A DNA stretch of 53,757 nucleotides from a virus (Duplodnaviria; Caudoviricetes): positions 1 to 53,757 of IMG/VR virus record IMGVR_UViG_3300022742_000097, one strand, 5' to 3'. Position 1 is the first letter of the stretch. Every line of letters starts with the position of its first letter. The notes beneath the pieces are model-generated. The model did not search any database. It worked only from the letters and a program-made list of their open reading frames with translations, and was not told where the DNA came from. Shown here piece after piece: positions 1 through 9,114 of the stretch. The position numbers and the translations under genes were made by a program.

Positions 1-504
1 ATGAGCAAGAAACCCGGTAAGGATAAAGCAAAGAACGCGCAGGCCGACAAAACCATCGCGCTCAACAAGCGCGCGCGCCACGAATACCACCTGGAAGAGC
101 GCTTCGAAGCCGGGCTGGTGCTGCAGGGCTGGGAGATCAAGGCCATCCGCGCCGGGCGCGGCAACATGACCGATGCCTACGCCTACGTGAAGGACGGCGA
201 AATTTTCCTGATCGGCGCGCAGATCACCCCACTGATCCAGGCCTCCACCCACACCGTTCCCGAGGACCGTCGCCAGCGCAAGCTGCTGCTGCATCGGCGC
301 GAGATCGACAAGCTCATCGGGCGGGTCGAGCGCGACGGCTACACCCTGGTGCCGACCGCGATGTACTGGAGCAAGAACCGCATCAAGCTGGAAATCGCGC
401 TGGCCAAGGGCAAGCAGGCCCACGACAAGCGCGACGCCGCCAAGGACCGCGACTGGGCCCGCGAGAAGCAGCGCGCCCTGCGCGCCCACAACCGCAACGC
501 CTGA
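1..504 (+). CDS. smpB: SsrA-binding protein SmpB
   Basis: [36 protein letters not shown] and KGKQAHDKR motifs; tmRNA lies in the same locus. Confidence 0.98.
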   Translation: MSKKPGKDKAKNAQADKTIALNKRARHEYHLEERFEAGLVLQGWEIKAIRAGRGNMTDAYAYVKDGEIFLIGAQITPLIQASTHTVPEDRRQRKLLLHRREIDKLIGRVERDGYTLVPTAMYWSKNRIKLEIALAKGKQAHDKRDAAKDRDWAREKQRALRAHNRNA

Positions 505-1350
505 GTGAAGCGGCGGGTTCGCCCGCCTTCACGGATTCCGCGCAGGCGCTGACCGAACGGCTGCGCCCTGCTGCAGGAACGAGTTCATGCCGCGGCCGGA
601 CGACGACGAACCAATGGCCAGCGAGTGCGCAGTCGTGACGATCTACATGGGCGCGCAGTGCTGGAAGGCACTCCGTTCGGCAAGGGCATTCTGCAGAGCT
701 GGGCGCCATGTCTGCCCAGCGGCATGCAGCGTCGAGAGCTGCGCCATTACGAGAAGCCGCCAGCACCACGGCCACATCACCCGCACTCCAGCGCCGCGCC
801 TCCGCTATCGCGCCAGGAGGCAACAGCACCCGCAATTCGGCATCTTCCAGGTGAAACGGCTACCTTCCGGAGGCACGGGAGAAAGCTGATGACGTGAGCC
901 GCAAGCCCCTCATGTGCATCCGGTAATGATGGCTGTCCGTCCGACCCCTCGCACCCTACGCGCCTGCAACGCCCCTGCCATCGATGAGGGCAGTCGCCGC
1001 ACCCGCTGGATGGCGCCAGCGAGGCCGCAGCAGGCAGTAGCGGGAGTACCCCCAGCGTCCACACAACCCAAGCCAATGCAGCGCGGCCATGCAGGCCTGC
1101 GCGCAACACCCGCTACAAAGACCACATAGGCAGCCCCATGAAGCGCCATCGCACGCCTGCAGAAGACCTGCCCCGCCTGTGGCGGTCAATTCATTCCAGG
1201 CGAACGCAAAGCGCCCCTTCAAGGCGAGCCATCACAGAGCAATAGCGATGGCGGGTGGTAGACATGCCGCAGAATGGCATCAGCACCACCAAACCTCCCG
1301 CATCAGTCACCACGCCGCCGATTGAAAGTGCAGCCTTTGCATCGAGACAA

Positions 1351-1382
1351 AAGAAAAGCCCAGCCGGTGAAGGCTGGGCTTT
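1351..1382 (-). terminator. Rho-independent terminator, probably the original ssrA terminator displaced by the prophage
   Basis: AAAGCCCAGCC-N6-GGCTGGGCTTT hairpin with a minus-strand U tract, directly beyond the duplicated ssrA 3' end. Confidence 0.8.
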
Positions 1383-1386
1383 ATAG

Positions 1387-1401
1387 ATGGTGGAGGTGGG
1401 C
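1387..1401. repeat. Prophage att core (copy of the tmRNA 3' end)
   Basis: ATGGTGGAGGTGGGC is identical to 44650-44664; TACCCCC arm-like repeats occur nearby (about 1466-1484 and 44488-44536). Confidence 0.9.
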
Positions 1402-1495
1402 TCTACGAACAACGGGGCGCAAGCTATTGATATAAATAGATTCCAATACACACCTGCGGCCCTGATACCCCCATACCTACCCCCGCATGCCGGGC

Positions 1496-1996
1496 CTACC
1501 CCTTCTTCTTGAACCAATCCCTGCTCGACCCGCGGCGGCGCCGAAGCTCGCGGGAGTAGGCCTCTGCCTTCTCTTCCGCTGTCCTCGGGTCGTGGCCCCA
1601 AGACATGGGGTCCTTAGGGATGTTCGCCGGCCCAGGATCAGGGACGGGGGCGCTTCCAGAGGGCGGGCCTGCCCACGGGACCCCGTACCGGTTCTTGGCT
1701 CGAAGGGCGTCGGCTAGCGCAGTCGCCTCGCGCCGGAGTCTGTCCTGATGGCGGTGGACCCATAGTCCGCAGCCAGCCACCCCGCTCTCGTGGCTCTGGC
1801 AGTCGCGCACCGGCCCTAGTGGGCCATCTATCCGTTCCAAGTGCCGATCCAGGCTAACGTACCAGCCACCATTGTTGATCCGCTCGCTCATCGCGCAGAC
1901 CACGATTCCGTCGAACGCCACATGGGTCAGAACCTTGGCGTGCTGCCCGGCCGTCTGCCACGTGAAGCCATCGGGGAGGTTGTCGTACATGCCCAT
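1496..1996 (-). CDS. Hypothetical phage protein downstream of SRAP
   Basis: 166-aa ORF with protein-like composition, co-directional with SRAP. Confidence 0.65.
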   Translation of the reverse strand: MGMYDNLPDGFTWQTAGQHAKVLTHVAFDGIVVCAMSERINNGGWYVSLDRHLERIDGPLGPVRDCQSHESGVAGCGLWVHRHQDRLRREATALADALRAKNRYGVPWAGPPSGSAPVPDPGPANIPKDPMSWGHDPRTAEEKAEAYSRELRRRRGSSRDWFKKKG

Positions 1997-2031
1997 GAGT
2001 CTAGGCCCTGCTGGATCAGATCCTGAGACGC

Positions 2032-2964
2032 CTACGCGGCGATCCGGTGCTCGTAGTACGGGTGCCGCTTGTCATCGAAAATGGCGTACAGGGCCTGCAG
2101 GTTCGCAGGGTCCGGGTTGAGCCAGGCGTCGACGTGCTCGGGCTTGATGTTGATGATGGTCCGGTCGTGGCCGGCGGCGGCCACTTCGGGTTCGGGGTCG
2201 TCGGTGACCGCTGCGAAGCTCAGCAGGTCGGGCTCCTGCCCCTTCGGGTCCGTCCAGTGGGACCACAGGCAGGCGATCAGCATCTGCTCGCCCGTCCGGG
2301 GCACGAATTCCAAGATGCGGTTCTCCCCGTCCATCTCGACGTGCTCGTAGAACCGGTCGGCAATGATGAGTCCGTGGGTGCGTCCGAACGCCGGCGCCCA
2401 GAACTTCTCCAGGCTGTCTCGGCGGGCGTTGTAGGTGCCCGGGAACTTGGTGTCGTAGAAGGCCGGCTTGCCCGCCAGGCGGCATTGGTAACGCATGGGT
2501 TTGACCACCAGCCGGCCACCCTCGCTTACCAGGACCGGGCAGTAGTAACCGGGGAACATCCGCGAGTCTTTGGGCTCGGGACGCAACCGCTTGAGGTCGG
2601 CGATCCGCCCCTTGATCTGCTCGATCTTGTTGCCGGCGATGCGCTTCTCGTTCTCCGCGGTCTTGGTCGGCTTGGTGGCCAGCTTCCGCTCGGCATCGGC
2701 CAGGCGCTTGGCTTGGCGGAACAGCTCGGTCTCAAGCTGTGCGACGTCCTCGGCGTCCCATTGGCGAATCTCCTGCGCTATCCCAGCCACGTCGGGGTCG
2801 TCCGAGGCCAGGAACGACAGGTCCAGCGCCCGCGGCGTCTTGGGCCGGCGCTCCTTGCCCTCGTCGTGCAGCCACATCTTGGCGAACGCCTTCTTGTCGA
2901 GCACAACACCGAACTGGCGAACGAACTTGGTGTATGCCGCTTCGATCTGGGCTGAGTAGCACAT
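2032..2964 (-). CDS. SOS response-associated peptidase (SRAP/HMCES family)
   Basis: Starts MC with the catalytic Cys2; YNARRD, FYE and GHDRT motifs; SD upstream of the ATG at 2964. Confidence 0.88.
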   Translation of the reverse strand: MCYSAQIEAAYTKFVRQFGVVLDKKAFAKMWLHDEGKERRPKTPRALDLSFLASDDPDVAGIAQEIRQWDAEDVAQLETELFRQAKRLADAERKLATKPTKTAENEKRIAGNKIEQIKGRIADLKRLRPEPKDSRMFPGYYCPVLVSEGGRLVVKPMRYQCRLAGKPAFYDTKFPGTYNARRDSLEKFWAPAFGRTHGLIIADRFYEHVEMDGENRILEFVPRTGEQMLIACLWSHWTDPKGQEPDLLSFAAVTDDPEPEVAAAGHDRTIINIKPEHVDAWLNPDPANLQALYAIFDDKRHPYYEHRIAA

Positions 2965-3017
2965 GGGAGCCTCCGGTGTTGACCGGAGGATAACGCCACC
3001 GCCGTAGGATCGATGCC

Positions 3018-3248
3018 ATGACCCACCTGACCCGTTCACAGCTCGATGACATGCTCCATGGCCTGCGCGCCAAGGCGGCCAGAATTGCCCGCGACTACCC
3101 CGCAGGGGATCAGGCCGACGCTATCGCCGGTGAGGCCGAGGCCATCGAGCACCAGGTTGCGGCGAACGATGCCGAGTACTTCCACGACGAAGTCGCAGCC
3201 ATCATGCAGGAGGTCGGCTCGGTAGAGCCGGAGGACAGCCATGAATAG
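3018..3248 (+). CDS. Small acidic hypothetical protein
   Basis: First of three tightly packed ORFs divergent from SRAP. Confidence 0.65.
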   Translation: MTHLTRSQLDDMLHGLRAKAARIARDYPAGDQADAIAGEAEAIEHQVAANDAEYFHDEVAAIMQEVGSVEPEDSHE

Positions 3249-3456
3249 CCAGCGGGCGGACTACGACCTGGCCTTCAACGAGCTGCAGCACGCAGTGTCC
3301 GAGCATGGGCCGGGGCCGCGGCTGGACGCGGTCTTGGAAGCCATTGAAGAGCGCCTGATCGGCCGCTATCCCGAGGACGAGCACGCAATCCACGAGATGA
3401 TCGCATCGTGGCTCGTGACCCTGCGCGTCCAATCCAGCCTTCAGGGCTTCGTGTGA
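3241..3456 (+). CDS. Small hypothetical protein
   Basis: GGAGGA SD; overlaps the upstream gene end. Confidence 0.65.
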   Translation: MNSQRADYDLAFNELQHAVSEHGPGPRLDAVLEAIEERLIGRYPEDEHAIHEMIASWLVTLRVQSSLQGFV

Positions 3457-3463
3457 GGTTGCC

Positions 3464-3664
3464 ATGCTGAGCGATGAGGAAATCGAAAGGCGGCTGGCCG
3501 AGATCGAAGCGGAAATCCCCCGCCTCGGGCTGAACATGAACACGTTCCCCCGCGAGTTCGAGGACCTCGCCGACCGGCTCTGCGGCGAGATCCGCGAGGA
3601 CCAGCAGGACTATGTGTTGGACCGCCTGCAGGCGATGGTGGAGCGCGCTGGGATCAACGGCTGA
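3464..3664 (+). CDS. Small acidic hypothetical protein
   Basis: GAGG SD; helical acidic 66-aa ORF. Confidence 0.65.
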   Translation: MLSDEEIERRLAEIEAEIPRLGLNMNTFPREFEDLADRLCGEIREDQQDYVLDRLQAMVERAGING

Positions 3665-3846
3665 GGCGCCAGCTGCCCGCGCTTCCCTGTGCGGACCCGG
3701 CGGTGATGGCCTGGGCAAGATGCCGGCGGCCGGTGCTGGCAGCTCAAGTTTCCTTGCCACAGCCAGATCGTTGAATCGGGGGCAGGCTTGAGAACATGTA
3801 AGAGAATCCCTATGGCCAGCCGGCCTCAACTTCGCAGTCGATGCAT

Positions 3847-4590
3847 TTACCCGTTCGGGAATGGATCGTTGGATGGCGTGTAATTTGCGGAGTATCTTCC
3901 GGCGCCGATTGTCCAGCGGAATTCGTCCATGCGACCTTGATAGATGCCTTGCAGGGGTGTGGATGGGTCGCGATCAACGGCCCGCGCGATGTGTACGTTG
4001 TCCACGCTCGGCATGTACACCGAACCCGAGATGGAACTGCTCGCAACGATCACGCCCTCATGGAACATGCGAATCGTACTACCGACACGCGCAAGCGCAA
4101 TGCGACTCATGGCGCTGATTGCGATCACGCCAGCGGAACTCGCAATGTTGATATCGATGGCAGTGCCGTTGGATGAAGTGCTGAGATAGCACCGTAGAGT
4201 TCCGTCCGGCTCAAAAAACCAGCGTATCCCGAAATAGTCAGGCCCGGCCTGTCGGCCGGTAGATAGTATTGTAGCGATGCGACTAGACGCGGGCATCGCC
4301 GTCGGCTTGATCGCAACTTCGATGCAGAAGTCACTGCTCCCGACGGCAAGTCCGGTTTTATTGGTCGCCAGATAGCCGGGGCTACCGGGGCCAGGAAACA
4401 GTCCAGCGGCGCCAGAAATCAGTGTTTCTGCCGTGTCTAGTTTGCAATTTGTGGGCGTCCAGACACGCCCCTTGGCATCCGTGAATGTCGTGCTTTCGTT
4501 GGGTCCATCGAAGTGAAGCAATGAAACGACATTGGCCCAGTACGGGTCAGTCGTTGGCGCCCCTGAGGCGATCATCAGACGACGGAGCAT
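3847..4590 (-). CDS. LamG/concanavalin-like tail-associated (receptor-binding) protein
   Basis: DPYWANVVSLLHFDG start, DFCIE and GRMDEFRWTIGAGRY motifs typical of phage LamG-like tail proteins. Confidence 0.75.
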   Translation of the reverse strand: MLRRLMIASGAPTTDPYWANVVSLLHFDGPNESTTFTDAKGRVWTPTNCKLDTAETLISGAAGLFPGPGSPGYLATNKTGLAVGSSDFCIEVAIKPTAMPASSRIATILSTGRQAGPDYFGIRWFFEPDGTLRCYLSTSSNGTAIDINIASSAGVIAISAMSRIALARVGSTIRMFHEGVIVASSSISGSVYMPSVDNVHIARAVDRDPSTPLQGIYQGRMDEFRWTIGAGRYSANYTPSNDPFPNG

Positions 4591-5090
4591 TAGGCGCTCT
4601 CCTGCATGGCGTAGCGCCAAGTAGTGCCGTTGTCGAACGTCTTGGCAGACAGAACGGTCACGCTGTTGGCGCCGGGGGCGATTGCCGTGTCGCTTCCGCC
4701 CAGCGGCTTGAAGGTCCCCGGCAGGGACAACGTGCGCCCGCCCGTTCCATCTTGGGTAATCTGCAACTCGAACTCGGTCACCTTGCCGGCGCCAGCAAGA
4801 TTAGATACCGCAAGCGCCGCATTTCCGGTCATCGACAGGGTGAAGTTACGCGCCAGCCCTGCCCCGCAGTCCAGCGTGGCCGTACCGCCTGTGATGGATA
4901 CAACAGTGATCGATTCGGCAACGGCGGACGCATCGTTAGCGTATGGAAGCGAGTTCCAAGCTGTAGAACCGTTTCCGATCTTGCACTTCCTTGTATCGGT
5001 CTCCCAGCCGATCTCGCGCGTGGCCAGCACCGGGTTGGCTGCGCTCCATGCGGCGGCAGTGTCGCCGCGCTGCTGAATCTGGACGGCCAT
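4590..5090 (-). CDS. Tail fibre-associated protein (hyaluronidase-N-like start)
   Basis: IQQRGDTAAAW..NPVL..REIGWETDT..KIGNG..W..LPY N-terminus; ITQDGTGGRTL C-terminal domain. Confidence 0.75.
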   Translation of the reverse strand: MAVQIQQRGDTAAAWSAANPVLATREIGWETDTRKCKIGNGSTAWNSLPYANDASAVAESITVVSITGGTATLDCGAGLARNFTLSMTGNAALAVSNLAGAGKVTEFELQITQDGTGGRTLSLPGTFKPLGGSDTAIAPGANSVTVLSAKTFDNGTTWRYAMQESA

Positions 5091-5740
5091 CAGGCGTTCC
5101 CTCCATCAATTGCGGTTGTTCCGCCATAGACCGATGACGCATTTCCCCCGTCCAGATTCAACACGCCGAGTTCCACGGAGTTTGGCTTCCACTGCACTCC
5201 ATCCCACTGCAGCAGGTCGCCTAGCGCAGGCGCGTCGTCGCTGACATCCACCAGGTCGGCGATGGCGGCAGGTGCAAGCTCTGACACGCGCCCATATACG
5301 TCGCGGGTGATCTTCTGGAGCGTTCCACCAACTGCCGCAGGGAGTTCAGCAAGGGCAACTTCGGGATCTCCTTCCACTCCATCGGGATTCTCGACATTGA
5401 TGCCCTCGCCGGCCGCGATCGAGCGTTGGTGCCATGCCCCGTCGCTCCCGCGAACGGCCAGGCCCGCCCCGGCCAGAGCTGCAAGCTTCTGCAGGTTCGC
5501 CGGCACCTCCCGGACGAGCCTCCAGACGGTCGACGCGATGCCGCCAGTCGATCCGCCGGTGCTGCCACCGGTGCTCCCGCCGGTCTGGCCGCCGAAGTTG
5601 CGGACCTGCGACTCCTGGACCAGCGAGCCGTCCGGCCAGCGCAGATCCTTGCCGACGGTTGCCCCGTTGGTGCCATCGCCACCGACCCGGACAACGCGCC
5701 CGAGCTGGTCCTTCAGCTTGATCTTCGTCCCGGCCATCAC
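5090..5740 (-). CDS. Putative tail fibre protein
   Basis: GGST repeats, KITRDVYGRV and LLQWDG fibre motifs, DGGNA ends; coupled to neighbouring genes. Confidence 0.7.
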   Translation of the reverse strand: MMAGTKIKLKDQLGRVVRVGGDGTNGATVGKDLRWPDGSLVQESQVRNFGGQTGGSTGGSTGGSTGGIASTVWRLVREVPANLQKLAALAGAGLAVRGSDGAWHQRSIAAGEGINVENPDGVEGDPEVALAELPAAVGGTLQKITRDVYGRVSELAPAAIADLVDVSDDAPALGDLLQWDGVQWKPNSVELGVLNLDGGNASSVYGGTTAIDGGNA

Positions 5741-6198
5741 TGCGCCACGTAGGCCCGGATTACGGCTTGGCAGGCCGCGAGCTGGTCGTCTGCGTCTCGG
5801 CCGGCTCGAACAACAGCCCCCGCAAATTCCGCTCGGCGCTGGGCGGCCGCATCACGTTCGCGGGCGGCGGCACTGGCGTCGGACAGACGCTGGGTTTCGC
5901 AGCTCGCCCAGCCGTCGCGCAGCCGGAGATTGCCAGCACGCAGGTCAGCAACAACAGCATCAGCGACGGCCGGGGCCGCGGCGCGGGCTTGCTCATGGGT
6001 CTCTCCGATGGTGGACAGAGTGTCGGCCTGCTGGTGCTCGGCGCTACGAGCGGTTTCGACGGCCTTGGTCTCGGCCTGGGCCTGCTTGGTGGCCTGCCGG
6101 CTCTGGGCCAAGTCGGCGGAGCGGTCGCGCCATTCCCAGCCTGCCCAGAAGGACAGGCCAACGAGCAGGACGGCGGCAGCGGCGTAGACCCGGATCAC
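5737..6198 (-). CDS. Rz-like i-spanin
   Basis: N-terminal TM helix plus coiled coil, LRAGNLRL and QLAACQ motifs; follows the endolysin. Confidence 0.85.
   Translation of the reverse strand: MIRVYAAAAVLLVGLSFWAGWEWRDRSADLAQSRQATKQAQAETKAVETARSAEHQQADTLSTIGETHEQARAAAPAVADAVVADLRAGNLRLRDGWASCETQRLSDASAAARERDAAAQRRAEFAGAVVRAGRDADDQLAACQAVIRAYVAQ
5760..5996 (-). CDS. Rz1-like o-spanin lipoprotein nested in Rz
   Basis: LLLLTCVLAISG-C lipobox and Pro-rich mature part in an alternate frame inside Rz. Confidence 0.75.
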   Translation of the reverse strand: MSKPAPRPRPSLMLLLLTCVLAISGCATAGRAAKPSVCPTPVPPPANVMRPPSAERNLRGLLFEPAETQTTSSRPAKP

Positions 6199-6680
6199 TG
6201 CGGCCCCTCGCACATCGCCCGCTCGTCGGCACGGCGCAGAGTCAGCCCGCGCAGCTCGCGGCCGCCGGCCTTGTTCCACCGGTCCAGCTCCGCGCACGCC
6301 CCCGGCCAGTCGTTGGCCTGCGCCTTGCGCTGCAATGTGGAACCGCAAACCACCTTGGGGCCAAGGTTGAACGCGGCGCTGGTCAGGGCCGCCTCGACAT
6401 GCCGCAGCATCGGCACGCCCATGCACTGGCGGACGTACCCGTTCGCATCGGCCATGTCCTGTGCCAGCAACGCGTCGCACTCGGCGCGGGTGTACCGCTT
6501 GCCGGCCTGCACCGTCTTGGTGTGCCCGTAGCAGACGGTCAACACGCCGACGCTGTCCCGGTAGGGCTCATGCCGGACGCCCTCCCACTTCTGGATCAGC
6601 GGGGCGGCCAGGGCCAGAACGCCCGCAAGCGCCACCGCAGCGACGCCTCCGCCAACCACCTTGGCCTTGGGGTCAGTCAT
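6195..6680 (-). CDS. Endolysin, GH24 lysozyme with SAR-like N-terminus
   Basis: EG..PYRDSVGVLTVCYGHT catalytic E/D/T, AFNLG and GLTLRRADE motifs; Gly/Ala-rich N-terminal helix. Confidence 0.92.
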   Translation of the reverse strand: MTDPKAKVVGGGVAAVALAGVLALAAPLIQKWEGVRHEPYRDSVGVLTVCYGHTKTVQAGKRYTRAECDALLAQDMADANGYVRQCMGVPMLRHVEAALTSAAFNLGPKVVCGSTLQRKAQANDWPGACAELDRWNKAGGRELRGLTLRRADERAMCEGPQ

Positions 6681-6927
6681 CGGAGTTCCCCTGCACCGGG
6701 TCGAACCGGCGGCCAGAGAGCATCAGCTTGTGCAGCTCACTCTTCCGGCGGTTGTCCAGGACCTTGAAGTAGACCTGCACCAGCAGGCCCAGGAAGGCAA
6801 TGAACAGGCCGCCGAACGCGGCAATCTCGTTCGCTGTCAGCCCGCCGAAGAACGCAACGCCCCCGCCGCCGTAGGCGACCTTCTGCGCCACCGCTGCAAT
6901 CGTTGCTTCCGCCGCCTGATCTTTCAT
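6673..6927 (-). CDS. Holin
   Basis: 84 aa with hydrophobic segments and a basic C-terminus, directly upstream of the lysozyme. Confidence 0.85.
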   Translation of the reverse strand: MKDQAAEATIAAVAQKVAYGGGGVAFFGGLTANEIAAFGGLFIAFLGLLVQVYFKVLDNRRKSELHKLMLSGRRFDPVQGNSDD

Positions 6928-6951
6928 GCCCTGCCCCGTTCCGTTTCGGAC

Positions 6952-6982
6952 ATGCTGGGGCAGCGCCGAGGGGATTCAACGG
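6952..6982 (-). promoter_or_regulatory. Putative late promoter for the lysis/fibre genes
   Basis: CCG-TTGAAT-N16-CAGCAT; same motif at 16492, 22854 and 28413. Confidence 0.6.
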
Positions 6983-7017
6983 GGTCTGATACCCTCTCGC
7001 AAAACAGAGGGGCATAT

Positions 7018-7584
7018 ATGACGCGCATTATCTCAGGGGCCATCCCAAGCTATGAAGACGGCGGCGAACAGCAAGACGGCGACTACCCGCTCTTCATCGA
7101 AGAGCCCGAAGCTCTAGCCCGTGCTTTCGTGAATGGTTGGATTGTAGACGGTCGCGACGGTGGCCTTGTAGTTGGTAGACGGCATTGCGAGGGGCACATT
7201 TCCATGCTGCAGCCTACTGACAAGCTTGGGGCATACGCCTTCATAGGATTCATGGAAGGCGGCGAATACCTCATGGGCACTGACGCTACAGCCGCGCACC
7301 TCGAACGACTGGAGGAAATCAATTGCGATAGGGGCCCTGATGGAACTGACAAGCATCCCCGCTACGCAAACAACATCATCGATACGCGTGCAGAGCCTCA
7401 CGACAAGCTTCTGGTGGTATCTAAACAGTTCATCATCAACCGCCGCTCCACCTTGCGTCATTTCGAAGAACTCGAGCGACTAAATGCAGCGTACAGGTAT
7501 CACCGGGGCCAGTTCTTTCCGGACGAGGCCATAGCAGCAATGATGGAGGCAGAGGTTGACTACGGCCCTCACGACCGTCGATAA
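7018..7584 (+). CDS. Moron-like hypothetical protein
   Basis: GAGG SD, lower GC, opposite to the late genes, own terminator hairpin. Confidence 0.75.
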   Translation: MTRIISGAIPSYEDGGEQQDGDYPLFIEEPEALARAFVNGWIVDGRDGGLVVGRRHCEGHISMLQPTDKLGAYAFIGFMEGGEYLMGTDATAAHLERLEEINCDRGPDGTDKHPRYANNIIDTRAEPHDKLLVVSKQFIINRRSTLRHFEELERLNAAYRYHRGQFFPDEAIAAMMEAEVDYGPHDRR

Positions 7585-7586
7585 AC

Positions 7587-7609
7587 AGAACCCCGCTCTC
7601 GCGGGGTTC
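7587..7609. terminator. Terminator hairpin between convergent genes
   Basis: GAACCCCGC-TCTC-GCGGGGTTC. Confidence 0.65.
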
Positions 7610-7635
7610 GTCGCTTCACGTCTCGGGCCTCTGGG

Positions 7636-7995
7636 TCACTTACTGGCCAGGTGCTCCAGCCTCCCCCGAGCATCGCGGAGCAGCGACCGCAGCGCGATGT
7701 GCAGCCCTTCGGCCGCCAAGCTGGGCAGCGGCTGATAGGTATACCCGTCCTCGCTCTGCACCTGCGCGGCGTGGATGGCGTCCGTCATCAGCAACTCCGC
7801 CACCGCATCGGCTCCTTCGATCGCCTCGCGGATGTACTGAACGCTTTGGTTCTCGTATGGGGCGAGCCGCGGGTTCTCGCTCTCCGTGAAAAGGCGCGGC
7901 CTCTCGCCCAGGTGAAGGGTGACCACGTCGCCTTCGACCTCGGCCACCACCTCGTCGCCCGCCATCACTCGCTGCTTTACACTTCCGCTTGCCAT
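7636..7995 (-). CDS. Hypothetical protein with a structured leader
   Basis: GAGGTG SD; long hairpin at about 8026-8059 upstream. Confidence 0.7.
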   Translation of the reverse strand: MASGSVKQRVMAGDEVVAEVEGDVVTLHLGERPRLFTESENPRLAPYENQSVQYIREAIEGADAVAELLMTDAIHAAQVQSEDGYTYQPLPSLAAEGLHIALRSLLRDARGRLEHLASK

Positions 7996-8130
7996 GATCG
8001 TCACCTCGTATGACGGTTGTGGAAGGCCGGCGGGGTGTTGGAAGCACCCCGTTCGGCCGCCTTTGTACTTGCTATGTGACCGACGCAAAATTGCGTTGGT
8101 TGACGGGTATATCCAGTTTTGGATACACCC

Positions 8131-8811
8131 TCAGGCTGCCTTGGGTAGCGACTTCTGCGACAAGCCCTTGGCGAACTCGATAAGCGCCGCCTTGCGCTCT
8201 TGGTACGTCAGGCCCTTGGCGATCAGCACTGCATCCCGACGACGGATTTCTGCCAGCTTCCAGAGATCGGCCTCGCTCAGGGTCGATTCGTCGATGCCGG
8301 CGAACTGGCCGTTCAGCGCCATGTTGCAGAGGCGATGCTCGTTCATGAAGTGGTGCCGCTTCGGCTCCTTCCCGGCCTCGATCAGCACGTCATTGAGGAT
8401 GTCCGCCACCACCTTCCCCAGCGCCCGCTTGGAGTCGATAGCGACCACCCGGTCAGAGACGCCCTTGGTAAAGGCGCGATGCAGTGCCGCGTAGCACTCC
8501 CGCTTGTAGCGGATCACCACATCCCTGATCTCCGGCTTGACCTTCTTCGGGTTGACCGTGAAAAGCCAGCCTTGGAGAAGTTCCTCGGGCAGGCAGATCA
8601 TTTCGCGACGCTTCCCGTCCTCGGCAACCATTCCCTTCTCGGCAATGGTTGGCCCCATGATCTCGTCGTCGATCATCTTCTGGTACTGGCGGGGCCAAGA
8701 CAGCCCCATGCCCTCAACGATGGGTTTCATGGCGACCCATGCCACCCCGCCGTCCAGAACACCCAGCAGGGTCGCCCCAGCGAACTCCACGCGGATCGGA
8801 TGACTGGTCAT
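8131..8811 (-). CDS. Phage antirepressor (P22 Ant N-terminal domain)
   Basis: WVAMKPIVEGMGLSW..Q and EDGKRREMICLP...GWLF.VNP.KVKPEIR..VIRYKRECY motifs. Confidence 0.88.
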   Translation of the reverse strand: MTSHPIRVEFAGATLLGVLDGGVAWVAMKPIVEGMGLSWPRQYQKMIDDEIMGPTIAEKGMVAEDGKRREMICLPEELLQGWLFTVNPKKVKPEIRDVVIRYKRECYAALHRAFTKGVSDRVVAIDSKRALGKVVADILNDVLIEAGKEPKRHHFMNEHRLCNMALNGQFAGIDESTLSEADLWKLAEIRRRDAVLIAKGLTYQERKAALIEFAKGLSQKSLPKAA

Positions 8812-8966
8812 GCGGCCTTCTCCTTCTGCGCCTCCATCTCCCGCTCGAACAGCTTGCGGGCGATGTAGTTCACGGAGCGATCCTCTTTCCTGGCCTTGTC
8901 CTGCAGCCAGCCTTTCAGGGCGACGGGAACCCGAATCGCCACTACTACCGATGGTTCTTCCTTCAC
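8808..8966 (-). CDS. Arc-like ribbon-helix-helix repressor
   Basis: IRVPVALKGWLQDKARKEDRSVNY; coupled to the antirepressor as in P22 arc-ant. Confidence 0.8.
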   Translation of the reverse strand: MKEEPSVVVAIRVPVALKGWLQDKARKEDRSVNYIARKLFEREMEAQKEKAA

Positions 8967-9114
8967 GGGGCACCTTTGTATGTTGGTGGGAATACGCCAT
9001 ATCCCCCGATGGCACGCATAGCCTATGGAATATTGTGTGTACTTGTCAACACAATGAGACAAATGTCGTATCTGGTGATAAAAGGCACGCAGGCCGCATC
9101 CAGAAATACCCAAC

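Noticed and set aside
505-1350. Several overlapping 70-150 aa ORFs between smpB and the att site
   Set aside because: No recognisable motif or consistent coding frame; may be a decayed host gene but I cannot support a call
5540-5590. GGST tandem repeat as a regulatory or phase-variable element
   Set aside because: Degenerate at the DNA level; explained as a Gly/Ser/Thr protein linker
3847-5740. Diversity-generating retroelement or invertase-driven tail-fibre switching
   Set aside because: No reverse transcriptase, template/variable repeat pair or invertase seen
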